DNA of 64,000 nucleotides, taken from NCBI GenBank assembly GCA_964106915.2, contig OZ066914.1, one strand, 5' to 3'. The translations under genes were made by a program, and so were the position numbers. Source of the DNA: Podarcis gaigeae (taxonomy: Eukaryota). Positions 12,429 to 26,105 of this stretch are shown here, piece by piece (the stretch's first letter is position 1; each line of letters opens with the position of its first letter). The notes under the pieces were generated by a model. That model saw nothing but the letters and a program-made list of their open reading frames with translations. It was not told where the DNA came from and did no database searches.

Positions 12429-14904
12429 TGATGGCAGGCGAGGATCAATTTTTTAAATCCTCCTTGCATATAGTAAATCAGAACATGAGGGAGTGAGCTA
12501 CACTAAACCTAATATTCTGGGTTTTTTTATATGCATTTTTTAAAATGTTGTGGAACTCTAAAAGATGAGTCCCACCACTTATGTTTGTACAAAAACCCTG
12601 CTCACATGTTAAATTTAAAGTTTGGGAGCTGTTTTCTGTGTAGGTACAGCAACGCTCAGGTACTGAGAGAAGGCCCAGCCCAGAGCCCACACTGTGCCTT
12701 TTCTTCATGACAGCATTTCTTCAATTTCTGAGAGAGCCTGGATTGGCTTATGTTACCTGAGAAATTCATGAAGGAGCATGTAGGTGTTCTCCTGTCTACA
12801 TTCTTCCAGATTTCTCTGTATCTATGAGGACGATAACCCTGCAGCACTGGTCTTCATCCTGTGGATTGGGATCCACTACTGCATCATGACCTGATCTAAG
12901 GTGGGCTGCAACAGCAGCACCACCACAATACCACAATTTTTTCACATGGTGAAAAATTAAGAAGCGGATCCCCAAATGCATGTTTGGGTTAAGGGTGGGT
13001 TTTAGGTCTGAAAAGGCTACTGACATAGGGGATAAACAAGCAAATCTCACTTTCTGCCATTTTCACAAGAATGCTACTTCTCTCACTTTCTCCCTGCTCC
13101 CACAAGGATATCCAATTTGAAATCCCAACAATTATTGTTTGGCCATTTTCCTGGGAGAGCTGAATGGAGGCTGGGGCCCACAGATCAATAGATTTGAGGG
13201 CAGTGGGAGGGCTGGCATTGGTCAGGTTGGGAAAAGGGAATGCAGGCAATTGTTGGCTGTTGTTCCTTTTTGTCCATCCTCAGCTGTCAGTCTTTCTCCT
13301 TTGCTGTGCTGCTGGTAAACCATACGCCATCCAAGACCTGATTGCAGATGAGGGGCCTGATCTGGCATATATTACAGCGACTGTGTGAGATGGGCAGGCC
13401 TGATCTGTCCCAGCTGTGCTCACAGAAGTATTCATTGCAGCATCAACATAAATTGGAGGTGTGTGAGAGCTGCTGTCATTCATAAAATTAATCACTCAGC
13501 TGATGATTTTAATGTGTGAATGGCCCATCACAGATTAGAACATTGCTGGCAGAACGTTCATGGTTCTTCATTACTTCAAATGCAATGCTTTTCAGCAGAA
13601 TGAATTAGCTGCTTGTCATGAAGTGCATAATAATTGTTACGTCCATGCATGTGCAAACCAGGTCTCAGTCACTATTATTCCCATTTTATGGATGGTCAAG
13701 TTGGCAGGGTGTGCAACTTGTCAAAGACCATACAATGAGTACGTTGCAGAGAAAAGGCTTGAATTTTATTCTTTGTGAAGCCAGAACAAATGCATGATGC
13801 AATAAGTCACTAAACCTTGGGCTATCTATGGGCTCATCTATTGCACTTTTGGAATATTATGGAACTATTTCTATGTCTTTCTGTGTAGGTACATTGTTTC
13901 CCACTCTGGTGAAGAATGTGATTTCAGTTAGTGTAAATTTCACTGAGGAAGAAAGCAGTTCCATTGACTAGTTCGGCCAGCCTCTCTGTAGTCTTAACCA
14001 AACAATCTAGAATAGTAAGTTTGTATTTGTCTGTTGAAAAACAAGTGGGGGGGGGGGGACAGAGGAACATAGTTGTGTTCCAATTGCTCATCAAATCCTA
14101 AGCCAAAATGATATCCTTTGAATGCAAGTGGTATTTATGACAGGTTTCCATATTATTACTTCTGCATGCATTAAGAGCCCTTTAAATCCCACTATAACAT
14201 GAGAATCATGTGAGCAGCAGCATACACCTGATTCATTTTACCACTATTTTCACAAGCTACTTTTCTACCTCCCTTGGTACCCTGAAGTAATTCTAAGCTT
14301 CACTTATTATAATGCATTGCTTACCTACAGATTGATTCTCTTATTTGAATTGTGTTGTTGTTTCCTGTCTGTCTCCATAGCAAATCATCCCCAGGAAAGG
14401 GCTATAGTCACTGGGGCCCTGTGTTTATTTATTTATTTTTATAGCTAAGCTCTCTTCTGACCTTTGTTGTAAAGAGAAAGACTTTATGCATTGGTGTGAC
14501 TGCAAATGGTATGTGCAATCATTCCTTACAATTCGGTTCACTAAGAAAAAGTAACCAGGTTGGCCTACATGCTGGGACCATTTCCTTGCCAGCTGGTATT
14601 CTAACTTGCTGTGGTCTGTGGTTGTTCGCTCTGAGTGATCTTCATACAGTCATCACTTGACCTTGTAGCTTGAACCACGAGTGCTCTACTGAGCTCCATA
14701 TCCATTGAATTATTTTGTATTTCACAAAGCATGTGAGTTAGCCCAATCTGAGCTTGACTCATCTTCTTGGGTTTCTCCCCTAGTGTATAACTTTCTAGTA
14801 GAATAACCTCCCACATACTGTGTGGTTGGTATTCAATGAGGATGGGGATGTTTCCTCACTGAGTCGCAAAGTAAAGCATCTTAGGACTATTGGGGCTTTC
14901 ACAG

Positions 14905-14995
14905 CTCCTACTGTCAGAAAGTTCTTCCTGGTGTTTAGTCAGAATCCCCTTTCTTGTAACTTGAATCTTCCTGATTCAAGTCCTACCCTCCAGGA
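14905..14995 (-). mobile_element. CR1 ORF2 C-terminal fragment
   Basis: Minus strand encodes an RKNFLTV-like CR1 motif (CTGTCAGAAAGTTCTTCCT). Confidence 0.55.
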
Positions 14996-15358
14996 CTGAA
15001 AATGTATAATTTTCAAACAACAACAACAATTACCAGTCTCACCAAATCAGAGCAACTCTTTTATATCCTCTTCCGTTTGCCTTTGCTGGCATGGAGAGAA
15101 CCTGGCATGAATGCTTGAGGTGTAATATGCTTTTAGATGAATAGCAGCACTTCTGGCCTATCACCAATGGCCATGCAATTACAGACAGACAAGTCTGTGG
15201 ATTTAGCTTTCTTTCAGGTTCCTCATTTCCCCCCAGTCTAAAGTTCACATTGCCACATTCCCACATCAGTTTGATAATGTTAGTTTAAAAAGCCCTCTCA
15301 ATAGAAGTGCAAATTTTGAATTTCAGTTTGAATTTCAGTTTCAGGACCTGTGCATCAA

Positions 15359-15721
15359 GTAAAGTAAAGTAAAGGTAAAGGGACCCCTGACCATTAGGTC
15401 CAGTTGTGGCCGATTCTGGGGTTGCGGCGCTCATCTCGCTTTATTGGCCGAGGGAGCCGGTGTACAGCTTCCGGGTCATGTGGCCAGCATGATTAAGCCT
15501 CTTCTGGCGAACCAGAGCAGCGCACGGAAATGCCATTTACCTTCCCACCTGAGCGGTACCTATTTATCTACTTGCACTTTGACGTGCTTTTGAACTGCTA
15601 GGTTGGCAGGAGCAGGGACCGAGCAATGGGAGCTCACCCTGTCACGGGGATTCAAACCTCTGATCTTCTGATCAACAAGTCCTAGGCTCTGTGGTTTAAC
15701 CCACAGCGCCACCAGCGTCCC
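15359..15721 (-). mobile_element. Sauria SINE, full length
   Basis: tRNA-like head (reverse of GGGACGCTGGTGGCGCTGTGGG), (TTTACC)n tail, 9-bp TSD GTGCATCAA at 15350-15358 and 15722-15730. Confidence 0.93.
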
Positions 15722-16564
15722 GTGCATCAAATAGTTTCACACTAAAATGCAGGCAGAACTGAACCATCCCATCTCTAAATGGAATGTCCTTCATGCCATC
15801 ATCTACATCTCAAGAATCCACCTTACAAAAGGGTGTTTTAAAATACAATTCCTTGCTGAACCTCTCTTTTTTAACAAACTCACACAACATTATTATTCAA
15901 AGCATAGTCTTCTTTTAAAACAGAGTTTCCTGCATCCTATCACACATCATTTGGTAGGGTTACCGAAGTATTGGCTTGGACAAACTATGGAAGCTGTGAA
16001 ATGATAATGATAATGAGCTCTCAGTGACTGCTGTGTTAATCTTGACAATTTTGCCTTTGCTGCTAGATAATATTACCAGAGTACTTCCTATATTCCCCAG
16101 ACTACGTAGAGGAACACTCAGTGTAATTTCACTCCTTGGATGCTTATTACAGGGAATACTCTGGAAATGTTAATTCCTTGCCAAGGCATTTGTAACTATC
16201 ATAATGGTGACGATGATACCTCTGTATAGCCTCATTCCAACCAAAGTATCCCTAGGCACATTACAGATAGCAGTTCAGGTTAAGAAATAGAGAAGATTAC
16301 AGAAACTAATTGGAAGAGCAGGAAGGATTAAAAAACCAGAATGGCATTACTTGTGCTGTGGAATGACCAAAGTGAGGGGAGTTCACAGTTGTAGTCCCAC
16401 GGCAGGACAGGCATTTGATATTTTTCATGTATGTGCACAGCATATGTAAGCAATGACCAGATATCTTGAACCTCATTGTAGATATCCCTCAGTCTTCAAG
16501 CTGGTCTGAAGCACGATCCCTGGGGGAGGCAAGCTGCAGACCACCTTGGAAAAGAATATAATAC

Positions 16565-16980
16565 CATTAAGAAGAGCACCGCAAAATCAGACCAAAGGCC
16601 CAGCTAGTCTCTCCCACAATGGCCAACTAGGTATTTGTTGGATGTCCCAAACAGGACACGGACCCAATAGACTTTTGCCACTCACAGTCCCCATGTGGTA
16701 TTCAGAATGTACTATTTCTGATCCTGGAAGAAGTATACAGCCTTATCTGCCATTTTATCCATAAATTTGACTAATTCCCTTTTGAAGCCATCTTGAGTTC
16801 CATAGTTTATGAGCTGTATGGAGAAGTGATTCCTTTTTTCTGTCCCATATCTCACACTATTCAGTTTAATTTGATGTCCACTTATGCTGGTATTATGAGA
16901 GGAGGAAAAGACTTACCTCTTCATTTTTTCCACACTAAGTATGATTTTATACACCTCCATCCTGTATACTTGCCTTTTTT
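16565..16980 (-). mobile_element. Degenerate CR1 3' fragment
   Basis: AAGAAGAGC...ATCAGACCAAAGGCCC and TTTGACTAATTCCCTTTTGAAGCCATC motifs shared with other CR1 ends in the window. Confidence 0.55.
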
Positions 16981-17070
16981 CCTAAGAGAAAAAGGCCCAG
17001 AGGGGCTCAGGTAGGCCCATCATCAGATCAATGTCTAGGCTAACTTGGAGCTGTCCATGGTCCTGAACAT

Positions 17071-18140
17071 GTTGTTGTTGTTTAGTCGTTTAGTCGTGTC
17101 TGACTCTTCGTGACCCCATGGACCAGAGAACGCCAGGCACCTCTGTCCTCCACTGCCTCCCGCAGTTTGGTCAGACTCATGCTGGTAACCTCGAAAACAC
17201 TATCCAACCATCTCGTCCTCTGTCGCCCCCTTCTCCTTGTGCCCTCCATCTTTCCCAACATCAGGGTCTTCTCCAGGGAGTCTTCTCTTCTCATGAGGTG
17301 GCCAAAGTACTGGAGCCTCAGCTTCACAATCTGTCCTTCCAGTGAGCACTCAGGGTTGATTTCCTTCAGTATGGAGAGGCTTGATCTTCTTGCAGTCCAT
17401 GGGACTCTCAATAGTCTCCTCCAGCACCATAATTCAAAAGCATCAATTCTTCGGCGATCAGCCTTCTTTATGGTCCAGCTCTCACTTCCATACATCACTA
17501 CTGGGAAAACCATAGCTTTAACTATACGAACCTTTGTTGGCAAGGTGATGTCTCTACTTCTCAAGATGCTGTCTAGGCCTGTCATTGCCCTTCTCCCAAG
17601 AAGCAGGCGTCTTTTAATTTCGTGGCTGCTGTCACCATCTGCAGTGATCATTGAGCCCAAGAAAGTAAAATCTCTCACTATCTCCATTTCTTCCCCTTCT
17701 ATTTGCCAGGAGGTGATGGGACCAGTGGCCATGATCTTCGTTTTTTTTATGTTGAGCTTCAGACCATATTTTGCGCTCTCCTCTTTCACCCTCATTAAAA
17801 GGTTCTTTAATTCCTCCTCACTTTCTGCCATCAAGGTTGTGTCATCTGCATAACTGAGGTTGTTGATATTTCTTCCGGCAATCTTAATTCTGGCTAGGGA
17901 TTCATCCAGCCCAGCCTTTCGCATGATGAATTCTGCATATAAGTTAAATAAGCAGGGAGACAAAATACAGCCTTGTCGTACTCCTTTCCCAATTTTGAAC
18001 CAATCAGTTGTTCCATATCCAGTTCTAACTGTAGCTTCTTGTCCCACATAGCGATTTCTCAGGAGACAGATGAGGTGATCAGGCACTCCCATTTCTTTAA
18101 GAACTTGCCATAGTTTGCCGTGGTCAACTTTTGCATAGTC
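17071..18140 (-). mobile_element. BovB (RTE clade) LINE, 5'-truncated, young; uninterrupted C-terminal ~350 aa of the RT ORF
   Basis: ORF 17082-18206 contains VRQGCILSPCLFNLY, YADD, RRRIDAFELWCWRRLL; (CAA)n tail; 12-bp TSD GGTCCTGAACAT at 17059-17070 and 18141-18152. Confidence 0.97.
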
Positions 18141-19269
18141 GGTCCTGAACATACTACCTCTTAAACAACTTGCTGTTCTAACCTGGTAACTGCTATCCAG
18201 TGACATTTCCCCAGAGGTTCGGTGCCTGCTGGCTTCTATTTCTCTGAGCCTGTCCCATCAATACCTTTCTCAGAAACAGGTGGGCTTACTGGTCCGCTGG
18301 AATGGAATACAGGTGACATCACAGCAAGAGAAAAGTGACCAAGTAAAAAAATTTGCATAAAGTTACCAGAGAAGGTTTCTGGTTGAAGGAATTTCTGGTT
18401 GAATAGTCATGTATATTGGACTTCAGTTGTGCAGTGTCATGTCAAATGCAGGTTGAATGGAAAGCTGAATTCTATATGAAATCATTCTCAACATGCCAGT
18501 TTTATTGTGCTAACTGATTCCACCCCCACAGAAGGGTTTGAAATGGTTGTTTGTGAACTGACCTAAAACTAATTGTCCATCTTTACATCAGCTCCAGACA
18601 GCATGGCTAATGGTCAGAGATGATGGGAGCTGTGGTCCAATGGTGTCTGGAAGGTAGATTGTGACAGTGACCAATCTAGAGACTTTTCTGGGTGCATATA
18701 GGTGTATATTGTTAAGACGCTTGTGTGTGTGTGTTTAGATAGATGGATAGGCATAACCAAGCAGCTGCAAATGTGCCCATGCATTTTAAAGGCAGTATGA
18801 GCAGGCATCATGATGTATGTTTGTATACGTATGCGCTTATGTTTATGCACGCACATTTTGACTTAATTGGAATTCTTTTCTTCCTTGCTATTAAGTAAAA
18901 TAGATGCATTTCTAAAATTTAAGATATTACATTTTTATTGTTTTTTTTAAGTTTGCTGAAACAAATGAACCACCCCCAAAAAAACTGTTGTGCTGACATG
19001 CTGCGCTTCCATTGAGTCAATATATAACCAAGTGAGACTAAAATTGTATAAATCTCCAACAGCGATTTACAGAGAGATATTCTACTTTATTATTAATCCC
19101 TGGAGATTTTAAAGCTTTTGCTCCATACTGGATCCTAAGTCTAGTAACTCTGTTGGCATTCCTATTTTGGATTTGTATCATCATTAGTCATATACAAAAT
19201 TTCCCATCTGGACATCAGTATATCAGTCAAATACATTTGTATCTCACCATTCCACTGAGGATCACAGGG

Positions 19270-19435
19270 TGATGCACATCTGGTTATCCCATTTTATCCT
19301 CATGATAAACCTGTGAGATAGGTTAGGCTGAGAGTGTGTGACTTACTCAAGGCTACCTAATGAGTTTCATGGCTGAGATGGGATTTGAGGGTTTCCCTGG
19401 TCTAAATCTGACACACTATCCACTGTACCACTCTG
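19270..19435 (-). mobile_element. Old tRNA-derived MIR/CORE-like SINE
   Basis: CCCATTTTATCCTCAT...AACCTGTGAGATAGGTTAGGCTGAGAG...TTTCATGGCTGAG, reverse of the 36190 element. Confidence 0.65.
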
Positions 19436-20450
19436 GTGCTCAGGCTAGTCAAGCCAAACCGGGCTCTAATTGGCACATATATTTTACTGTTTTAATTATT
19501 TTTAACAACTCCCACATGAATTTTCAAATAAGATGTGTAGGAAGGTAGGAGTTGATCTGCTCCCAGCGATTTTTTAAAATGAAAAATATCTGCCTTAAAA
19601 ACAATATCATAGTAATACTCCAGACAGTGTGGTACTGTGCTATTTTGTGTGTGTGCTTTAAAAAAAAAACTTCTCCCAAAAACAAACCTGTAAAAAATAT
19701 ATATTAAAAGCTGAAATTCTAAAACTACTTCCTCAGGAGCAGATTTCTATCAAAGTTGCAGGGCATCCTTCTGAGCTATTTCCCCCCACCCCACCCCAAG
19801 GCTGGAGCATCAGAATTGCAGTCATTAGAGAAATATTTGCTCAACAACTCATATTTATATGGGGCAATTTGTATGCTCAACATACTCACCAACATACATT
19901 GCCCTTAACGGTTTTCAAAAGAATAAAGGTTTCAGGTGAATAGAAGGTACATTGAAATAATAAGTACAGCACATAACAGCTATTATCTCCACAGCCCTAC
20001 ACTTAAATGAGGGAGGGGGGGGGGGTAAAATTGTGGTAAAGGACACACTATGAAGTCTCAATGACTGATCCAATAAATTGGTCAAGTAAAGGTGAATGGC
20101 ATTTATCATAATATAACCTAATTTTCTGTCTAGATTGTCCCTAATTAATGACCTCTTCAACATTATAGATGAGAAAAAAGGAGAAAGTCCGACTAAAGAG
20201 TTGGAATTCATTTGGTAAAGACAGAATCAAGTCTTAGCACGGTATTTTTTAAATAGGTTCTGAGAGTTCAAGGATTAAAACTGCATTTAAAGGGTGTGGG
20301 TGGAATGATAAGAAAGAGGGACGTATCCTATTGGATCCAACACCAATAGAGGCCGCTAATTAACAAACTTTCCTAGGTGAAAGAATGGGACAAACTCAGC
20401 ATTTGGTCTCAACATATTGGAAGAGAATCCAAGAAGAACGCATTTGCAAC

Positions 20451-20579
20451 CAGGCATCCCCAAATTCGGCCCTCCAGCTGTTTTGGGACTACAACTCCCA
20501 TCATCCCTAGCTAACAGGACCAGTGGTCAGGGATGCTGGGAGTTGTAGTCCCAAAAGAGCTGGAGTTTGGGGGTGCCTG
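20451..20579. mobile_element. Palindromic hAT-like MITE
   Basis: CAGGCATCCCCAAA / TTTGGGGGTGCCTG termini; arms GGACTACAACTCCCATCATCCCT / AGGGATGCTGGGAGTTGTAGTCC; relatives near 18590, 23000, 32745 and 39170. Confidence 0.8.
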
Positions 20580-20872
20580 TGGCCCTCACCCAAATGCACC
20601 ATGAATGGGGATCACAGAATGGAACTTCTGTAGGTTAGATTGTATGTCATTGGAGCATTGGTCACTATAGTCCTTTTCAGGCATGAGGTCTGCTCATGTT
20701 GATCCCACCATCCTGCAACATCCCTGTCTCCACTAACTCAGCTTCTGACCTTTGCAAAGATCAGGAGTAGGGGAGGATTCTAAGCATGCTCAGTGGAATG
20801 GGGCACTTGGAATCCTTTTATGAGGACCATCCTTAGGGTTCCTGATTGCAGTGGGGATTCTAACTGCAGTTA

Positions 20873-21051
20873 CCGTATTTACTTGAATGCAATACACCAT
20901 CAAATCTAATATGCACCCTAATTTTCAAAACTTTGAAACCAAAAAAGTATTTGTTGGCGAATGTAAATAGGCCATCAAATCTAACATGCACCCTAATTTT
21001 TGCAATGTAATTTGGCCAAAAAAGGCATGCATTACATTTGAGTAAATATGG
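20873..21051. mobile_element. Tc1/mariner-type MITE
   Basis: TA|CCGTATTTACTTGAATG ... CATTTGAGTAAATATGG TIRs; internal duplication CCATCAAATCTAA(T/C)ATGCACCCTAATTTT. Confidence 0.7.
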
Positions 21052-24000
21052 CAGTTAAGCCCACTTAGAATCTCCTTTCAAACCTTCACACTTGGCACAT
21101 GAAGGGAGTGAGATGTTGTGGGTGGGTTTGGTGTGGGTGGCCTTGTTTTCCTTCCAGGCAGCCAGAGTCAGGCCGAATGAGTCCATGGTTAGGTTTCAGT
21201 CTCTGCTTTTCATCCCTTTCTTATGAGCCTGGCATTACCAGAACTCTCAAGCACTCTGCTCCTTCCTTTGAAAATAGGTACTCAAGAGGTAATAATCCTG
21301 TATAAAATTAGGATGGTTTTGGAGGATATTCCTAAAGCAGAAAACCTAAGTACAAGATCTTGGTTGAGATACTCCTGCATTGAGGCAAGGAAAGGTCACA
21401 GATTGTTGATGCCATTAACTTCCTGGAAGGTTGTGGTCTATGGCCAGAACTCTTTCCGTGGCCTCATTCTGCCGCACCAGGAACCCACTGTCTATAGTGA
21501 CTGCCAGATGTTGCCCCAGGATAGGACAGGAGCACAATCTGTCCATTAGTGGGAAGTGGTTTTTGTAGGTTGTATTCAATGTAGTGTTAAGCAGCTTGTT
21601 CCATCAGTGCGAAGATTTGCCCTTGCTCAATGTAAAATCCAGCCCCTCTTCTCCCCCATGTGCCCCCAAATTCATTCTGAATTTTACTGCAACCTTTTGG
21701 AGTAGATCTGGGGACAGCACAGGGTGCGTGTGGGAGGAGAGGGCAAAATCTTGTTGTGTTGTTGCTAATACTTGCACCAGTGCAACAATTTTAGTTGAAC
21801 ACCCCCCTGGGTCTCCCATGCTAAGTTCCTACATTATTTGTTTTGCTGTGTTTGCAAACTCCTTGCTTGTGTCCTTCGTGTAATGCTAAACATTCAGTTT
21901 GCCTGTGAATCTGCGGCCAGCAGAATGAATGGGCATGCCTGCCTTTGCTTCCATGACAGTCAGATCCTTTGTTGCAACATAGTTTTGAATGCAGCTCAGG
22001 TTGGAAAACAAGGCAGGGGACATTGTATAGCAAGAGTCCTTTGCGAAATTAGGTGAGCCTATGTTGAAGGAGGCAATTTTTTGATTAAAAGGATGAAAAA
22101 ATCTGATAAAAGCCTGTGTTTGTTTTTGAAGTGTTAAGCACAGACGTGTATCGTTTTTATCTGTCAACAGCCATCACCTTGTCAGGGTTCGGCTGTTGTT
22201 GATTTATTACAACCTATGTGAATGTATAATTGTGTAGGATGGTCTTCAGATCTGCTCAATGCAGGCAAAAATTTGAAAATCACATGTCCCATAGAAATAA
22301 GGAAGGAGAAAGAGAGAGATAATCGCTGGAATGCGGATGAGCTCTTCAACTCTTCATTACTCTTAGGTACACTTTACCCTTAAGATTTGTCAGAGCTTGT
22401 AATGAAAGCATCTACAATGAAAGGTTTTTTTTCCCTTATTAAAATATCTCCTCCCTCTTCAGCAGTTATCATCATCCACAGAGCAAGAGTCTAAATTTAT
22501 GCTTGGGATGAGAATGGAGATTTCATCTTGATGAATGTTTGTTTTAGTTTGAATCATAGATACTCTAGGGCTGCCTGGCCTAGGATGTCCTTGGAGAAGA
22601 GTGTGAAACTTTCTTGGCTATTTGATTGTTAAAACTGCAACGTAAAGCTCACTTTGGTAACTAATTCATGGGAAGTTGGTAGGCGTGTGAAATGTCAATG
22701 GGACTTCTTTTGTGGAGTATTCTCTGGTATTCTGTGCTGGCCAGAAGATGCTTACCCTTCAGATTGCTACAGCTATAGTTTTTTTGTTGGGGGGAAATGA
22801 AAAAAGGAGGGTGGGAATAAAAACCCTGGAGGTTTGACCTTTATTCTCTGTTATGTTCTTCTCTAGATGTTTGAAGAACTACAGTATGAGGATAAGAAGC
22901 TATGGAGTAAAAATGTAATAAGTAAGATACAAGTTAGATACTCATATTTGAAAATGATATGCCTTGGTTGTTCAGTCATTATTATTACATTCCTGAGATC
23001 ACCTCCAGTTGTTGTGGGAGTACAACTCTTCTCATATCCAGCTAGCAAGGCCAATGGATGGGCATTATGGCAACTGCAGCCCTACAGCATCTGGAGGGTA
23101 TCATGTTAGCTACCCCTGCTCTAACCACTACACTACACTGGATCTAATGGGGAAAGATGAAAGTGAGGACAACAGAAATGAAAGAAAGTCTCTACACACC
23201 TGCTCTCAGATTGTTAAAGACAACCCAGATTAAACCATCACCAATGGCAATGGCACATCTAAAATCCCAAAATTAACAGAGCTAAACTGAGCCAAGGAAT
23301 CCTGCTGAGCCCTATCCATGGTATGGATTTACTAGAGCAAGGTCTAAGTTCCCTGTGGGGTCTTAGAACCTCATTTCAGGGTACAAAAGACTCAAAACAG
23401 CTGTCAGTGCCTATAACTGAATACCAAAGCTAGTGGGAAACCTTAAAACACAGCATGTTGGTTTTTTTTTGGGGGGGGGGTGTCACTTCTGTAGTTACAG
23501 GAAGATGGACATTGTGCTAAGTCATCAAGGACAGGTAACAAACCATCTCAGAACATAACAGTACTTCATTCACTGGAGAATGGAGGAAGATATTCTGGAG
23601 AGGTCTCAATGTACACAGACAAAAGTGATGTGAATTTGCACATACTGGATAGCCTAAATTAGGGGTTGGTTCCCCATGATGCAGATCCTTCACCCAGGCT
23701 TGTAAGGGAAGCGTACAGCTTGGGTTCTCCATATTAACATTCCCTAGTTGCCAAGTGCAACACAAGCAAACATATTCTATACCTTGCTGTACCAGGAAGT
23801 GCTCCCCACGTATGAGCCCAGCTGTATTTGCCACTGCCCTTCATTGCCTGAAGCCAGTCTGAAACATCACAGAAACATTTAAATTTTGAAAACTGCTGGT
23901 GGCTTATTTGTGTGGGAGGGCTGTGTCAGCATCCTCTCAGGTGCCTCAGAAGCCAGGTTGGCATGAATGCCAAATACCTGATCCGTTGCTCTCTCTGACA

Positions 24001-24469
24001 CCTGACTCCTCAGAGTTCCTGTCATGTGGACATGTGGACAGAATCCTCCATACATAGAGATGAGCAGGCCCTGTTTAATTAATGCATATATATTGAGGGA
24101 CAGAGACTGGTCAGGAGGTAATGACTGAAAAGAATGTGATTATTATTATTATTATTATTATTCGTTATGCAAAGTGCCTGATGATCCTTACATCCTTGAT
24201 AAAGCTATTCATATTAACAGTTTGCAGGTGGAAAATTAAGGCCAAGAGTTAAGTTTCATTAGCAGGTTGTCTGTGGTTAACCTAAAATGTAAACACACTG
24301 GCAAAACTTTTAAAAAACCCCCACATACTTTTTTGTTAGGTTGGTTCCTAAGGTAAATCACTGAGGGAGGTAAATCACTGGATGTTATTTTGGTAGGCTA
24401 CAAATAACCTTAACAAAAAAAGGGAAGGGATTCTTTTCCCTCCACTTCGGAGGGACAGGGAGACAGAGA

Positions 24470-24830
24470 TGTAAAACTAGCCTGTAAATTACCATTTGCC
24501 TTCGCTTCCTAATTCCGTTGTGATGTAGAGAGAGAGAAAAGCGATATGTCACTTAATGAGTTTTATTGGGCTGGTGGACCAGGTGAAATACATTCCCTGT
24601 TTGCCTCAGCCAACTAAATGTACATCTTTCTAATGTGATTAGGCCTTCATACAGGGCAGAAGACAATTTATTATTCTGCCAGGGACAGCCAAGTTTTTCT
24701 TTAAAAATTGTTACTCCCGAAGTCGGCAATTACTTTAAAATAAATTTACCAAAGACAAAATTGTGCCTCTTGGGTCAGCAAACGACTTCTCTGTTTTTCT
24801 TCAAGAGACAAGGTGTTTATTAAGGACCTT
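24470..24830. promoter_or_regulatory. Candidate conserved non-coding enhancer
   Basis: Repeat-free, with retained CpGs and clustered TAAT/TAATT, TTTTATTGG (posterior Hox/Cdx) and CAGGTG motifs; conservation not tested. Confidence 0.35.
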
Positions 24831-26105
24831 CTTAGTTTACTGTGTAGGGTTTTTCACTCTGAATAATTGTCCAATTAAATATAATTTGGAAGTCCATGCT
24901 AACAGAGTACTTGCATTGTACGAGGAAGAATATCTCTGAAAGATGTGCATTAATAAATCCCTCTGAGCCCTATCACCTTTAAAAATGGCTTCTTTTGTTT
25001 AATTTTGAGAATTTTTAGTAGGGTTCTAAGCCGTATATTTGGTCATACTGTTATTTCCCCACAAATAATTTATACAGTTCTTTCTTTTGGAATCCGAAGA
25101 AAAGCAGTTTTATCATTTATTATAATTCTTTTTCTTATTTTCCAGCTATTGTTTAGATAAGAAATGTATTTTACAGTCTGAAACTTTGCACATTTTATTC
25201 CATGTTTTTGTCTAGCGATTTCTATTTCTGCTTGCAGCAGGAAAATAATATAAGAGTTAAGTGGATTTAGAGCTATAGGTTCCTCACATTATTAAAAAAA
25301 AAAAAATGTCCACTTGAAACAGATTTTGCCAGCCATGTATTGCTTCCACTACCACACACATTTCCTGCAGGAAAGTACTTGCTAACAATCTGCTTTTGGA
25401 CAGACAGGTTTGTAGTCCAGAGAGCTTAAGTATGTGTGCTGTCAAAATGATACGGGGGGGGGGGGGGAAGGTTAAATGCAACTATTAGCTTAAGGAATAC
25501 GGACCTGAGCTGGCATAGATTCATGACTGTATTGGTCTAACCTGATCTACCAAATAGCAGAGAGGGAGTTTCCAAAGGTGCGAACACAATAAAGGTCTGA
25601 TTTCAACGTTATATGGAATGGATTTTTTTGATAAGGTTTATTTTTAAAATTGTGTGGTATGTATGTTTGCTCCCTTGCAAGGCATGGAGAGAAAGGGGTG
25701 GGTGGGAGAGGAAAGGCAAGACCAAACTGCGCATATGCAACTGTCTTTTCAAAGTCCAGAAATCCAAGCCAAAAGAAGGCGGGTAATTAGATCATTGGTG
25801 TACCTCCGCAACCAATGTTGGGAAAACAGGTACCTAGTGTTCCTGCTCCTCCTCCTCCTGCTGCTGACTTGGGCACAGAGCCATGATCTTCATTGGCATT
25901 TTGCAACCTCAAAATCGTTGGGGCGAAATGGAGGACAAGAATTTTGGAAATAGCTCTATTAAATAATGGTGACACCAGTGGAAGCTCATCCTTTGACTCA
26001 ATGGATCAAAGGAGAAAAGTGTAAAAACTAGAGGAGAAAAGTGTAAAAACAATTGCATCAGAAGCAGCAAGGTAGTACTGTAGAGGCAAAAAGTCAATAG
26101 GAATG

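Noticed and set aside
12810-12900. Exon-like segment (TTCTTCCAG acceptor, AAG|GTGGGC donor)
   Set aside because: Stops in all three frames and no partner exons found; at most a non-coding exon.
17110-17853. 247-aa plus-strand ORF
   Set aside because: Antisense shadow of the BovB RT ORF; no independent gene signal.
18141-18206. N-terminal part of the 374-aa ORF (MSLDSS...)
   Set aside because: Lies outside the element, in the TSD and flank; fortuitous in-frame extension, not a fusion gene.
19930-20400. Possible L1 ORF2 C-terminal remnant
   Set aside because: Only vague motif resemblance; too degenerate to call.
26011-26050. 18-bp direct duplication GGAGAAAAGTGTAAAAAC; similar ones at ~29385-29422 and ~61091-61128
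   Set aside because: Ordinary local slippage duplications with no further structure.
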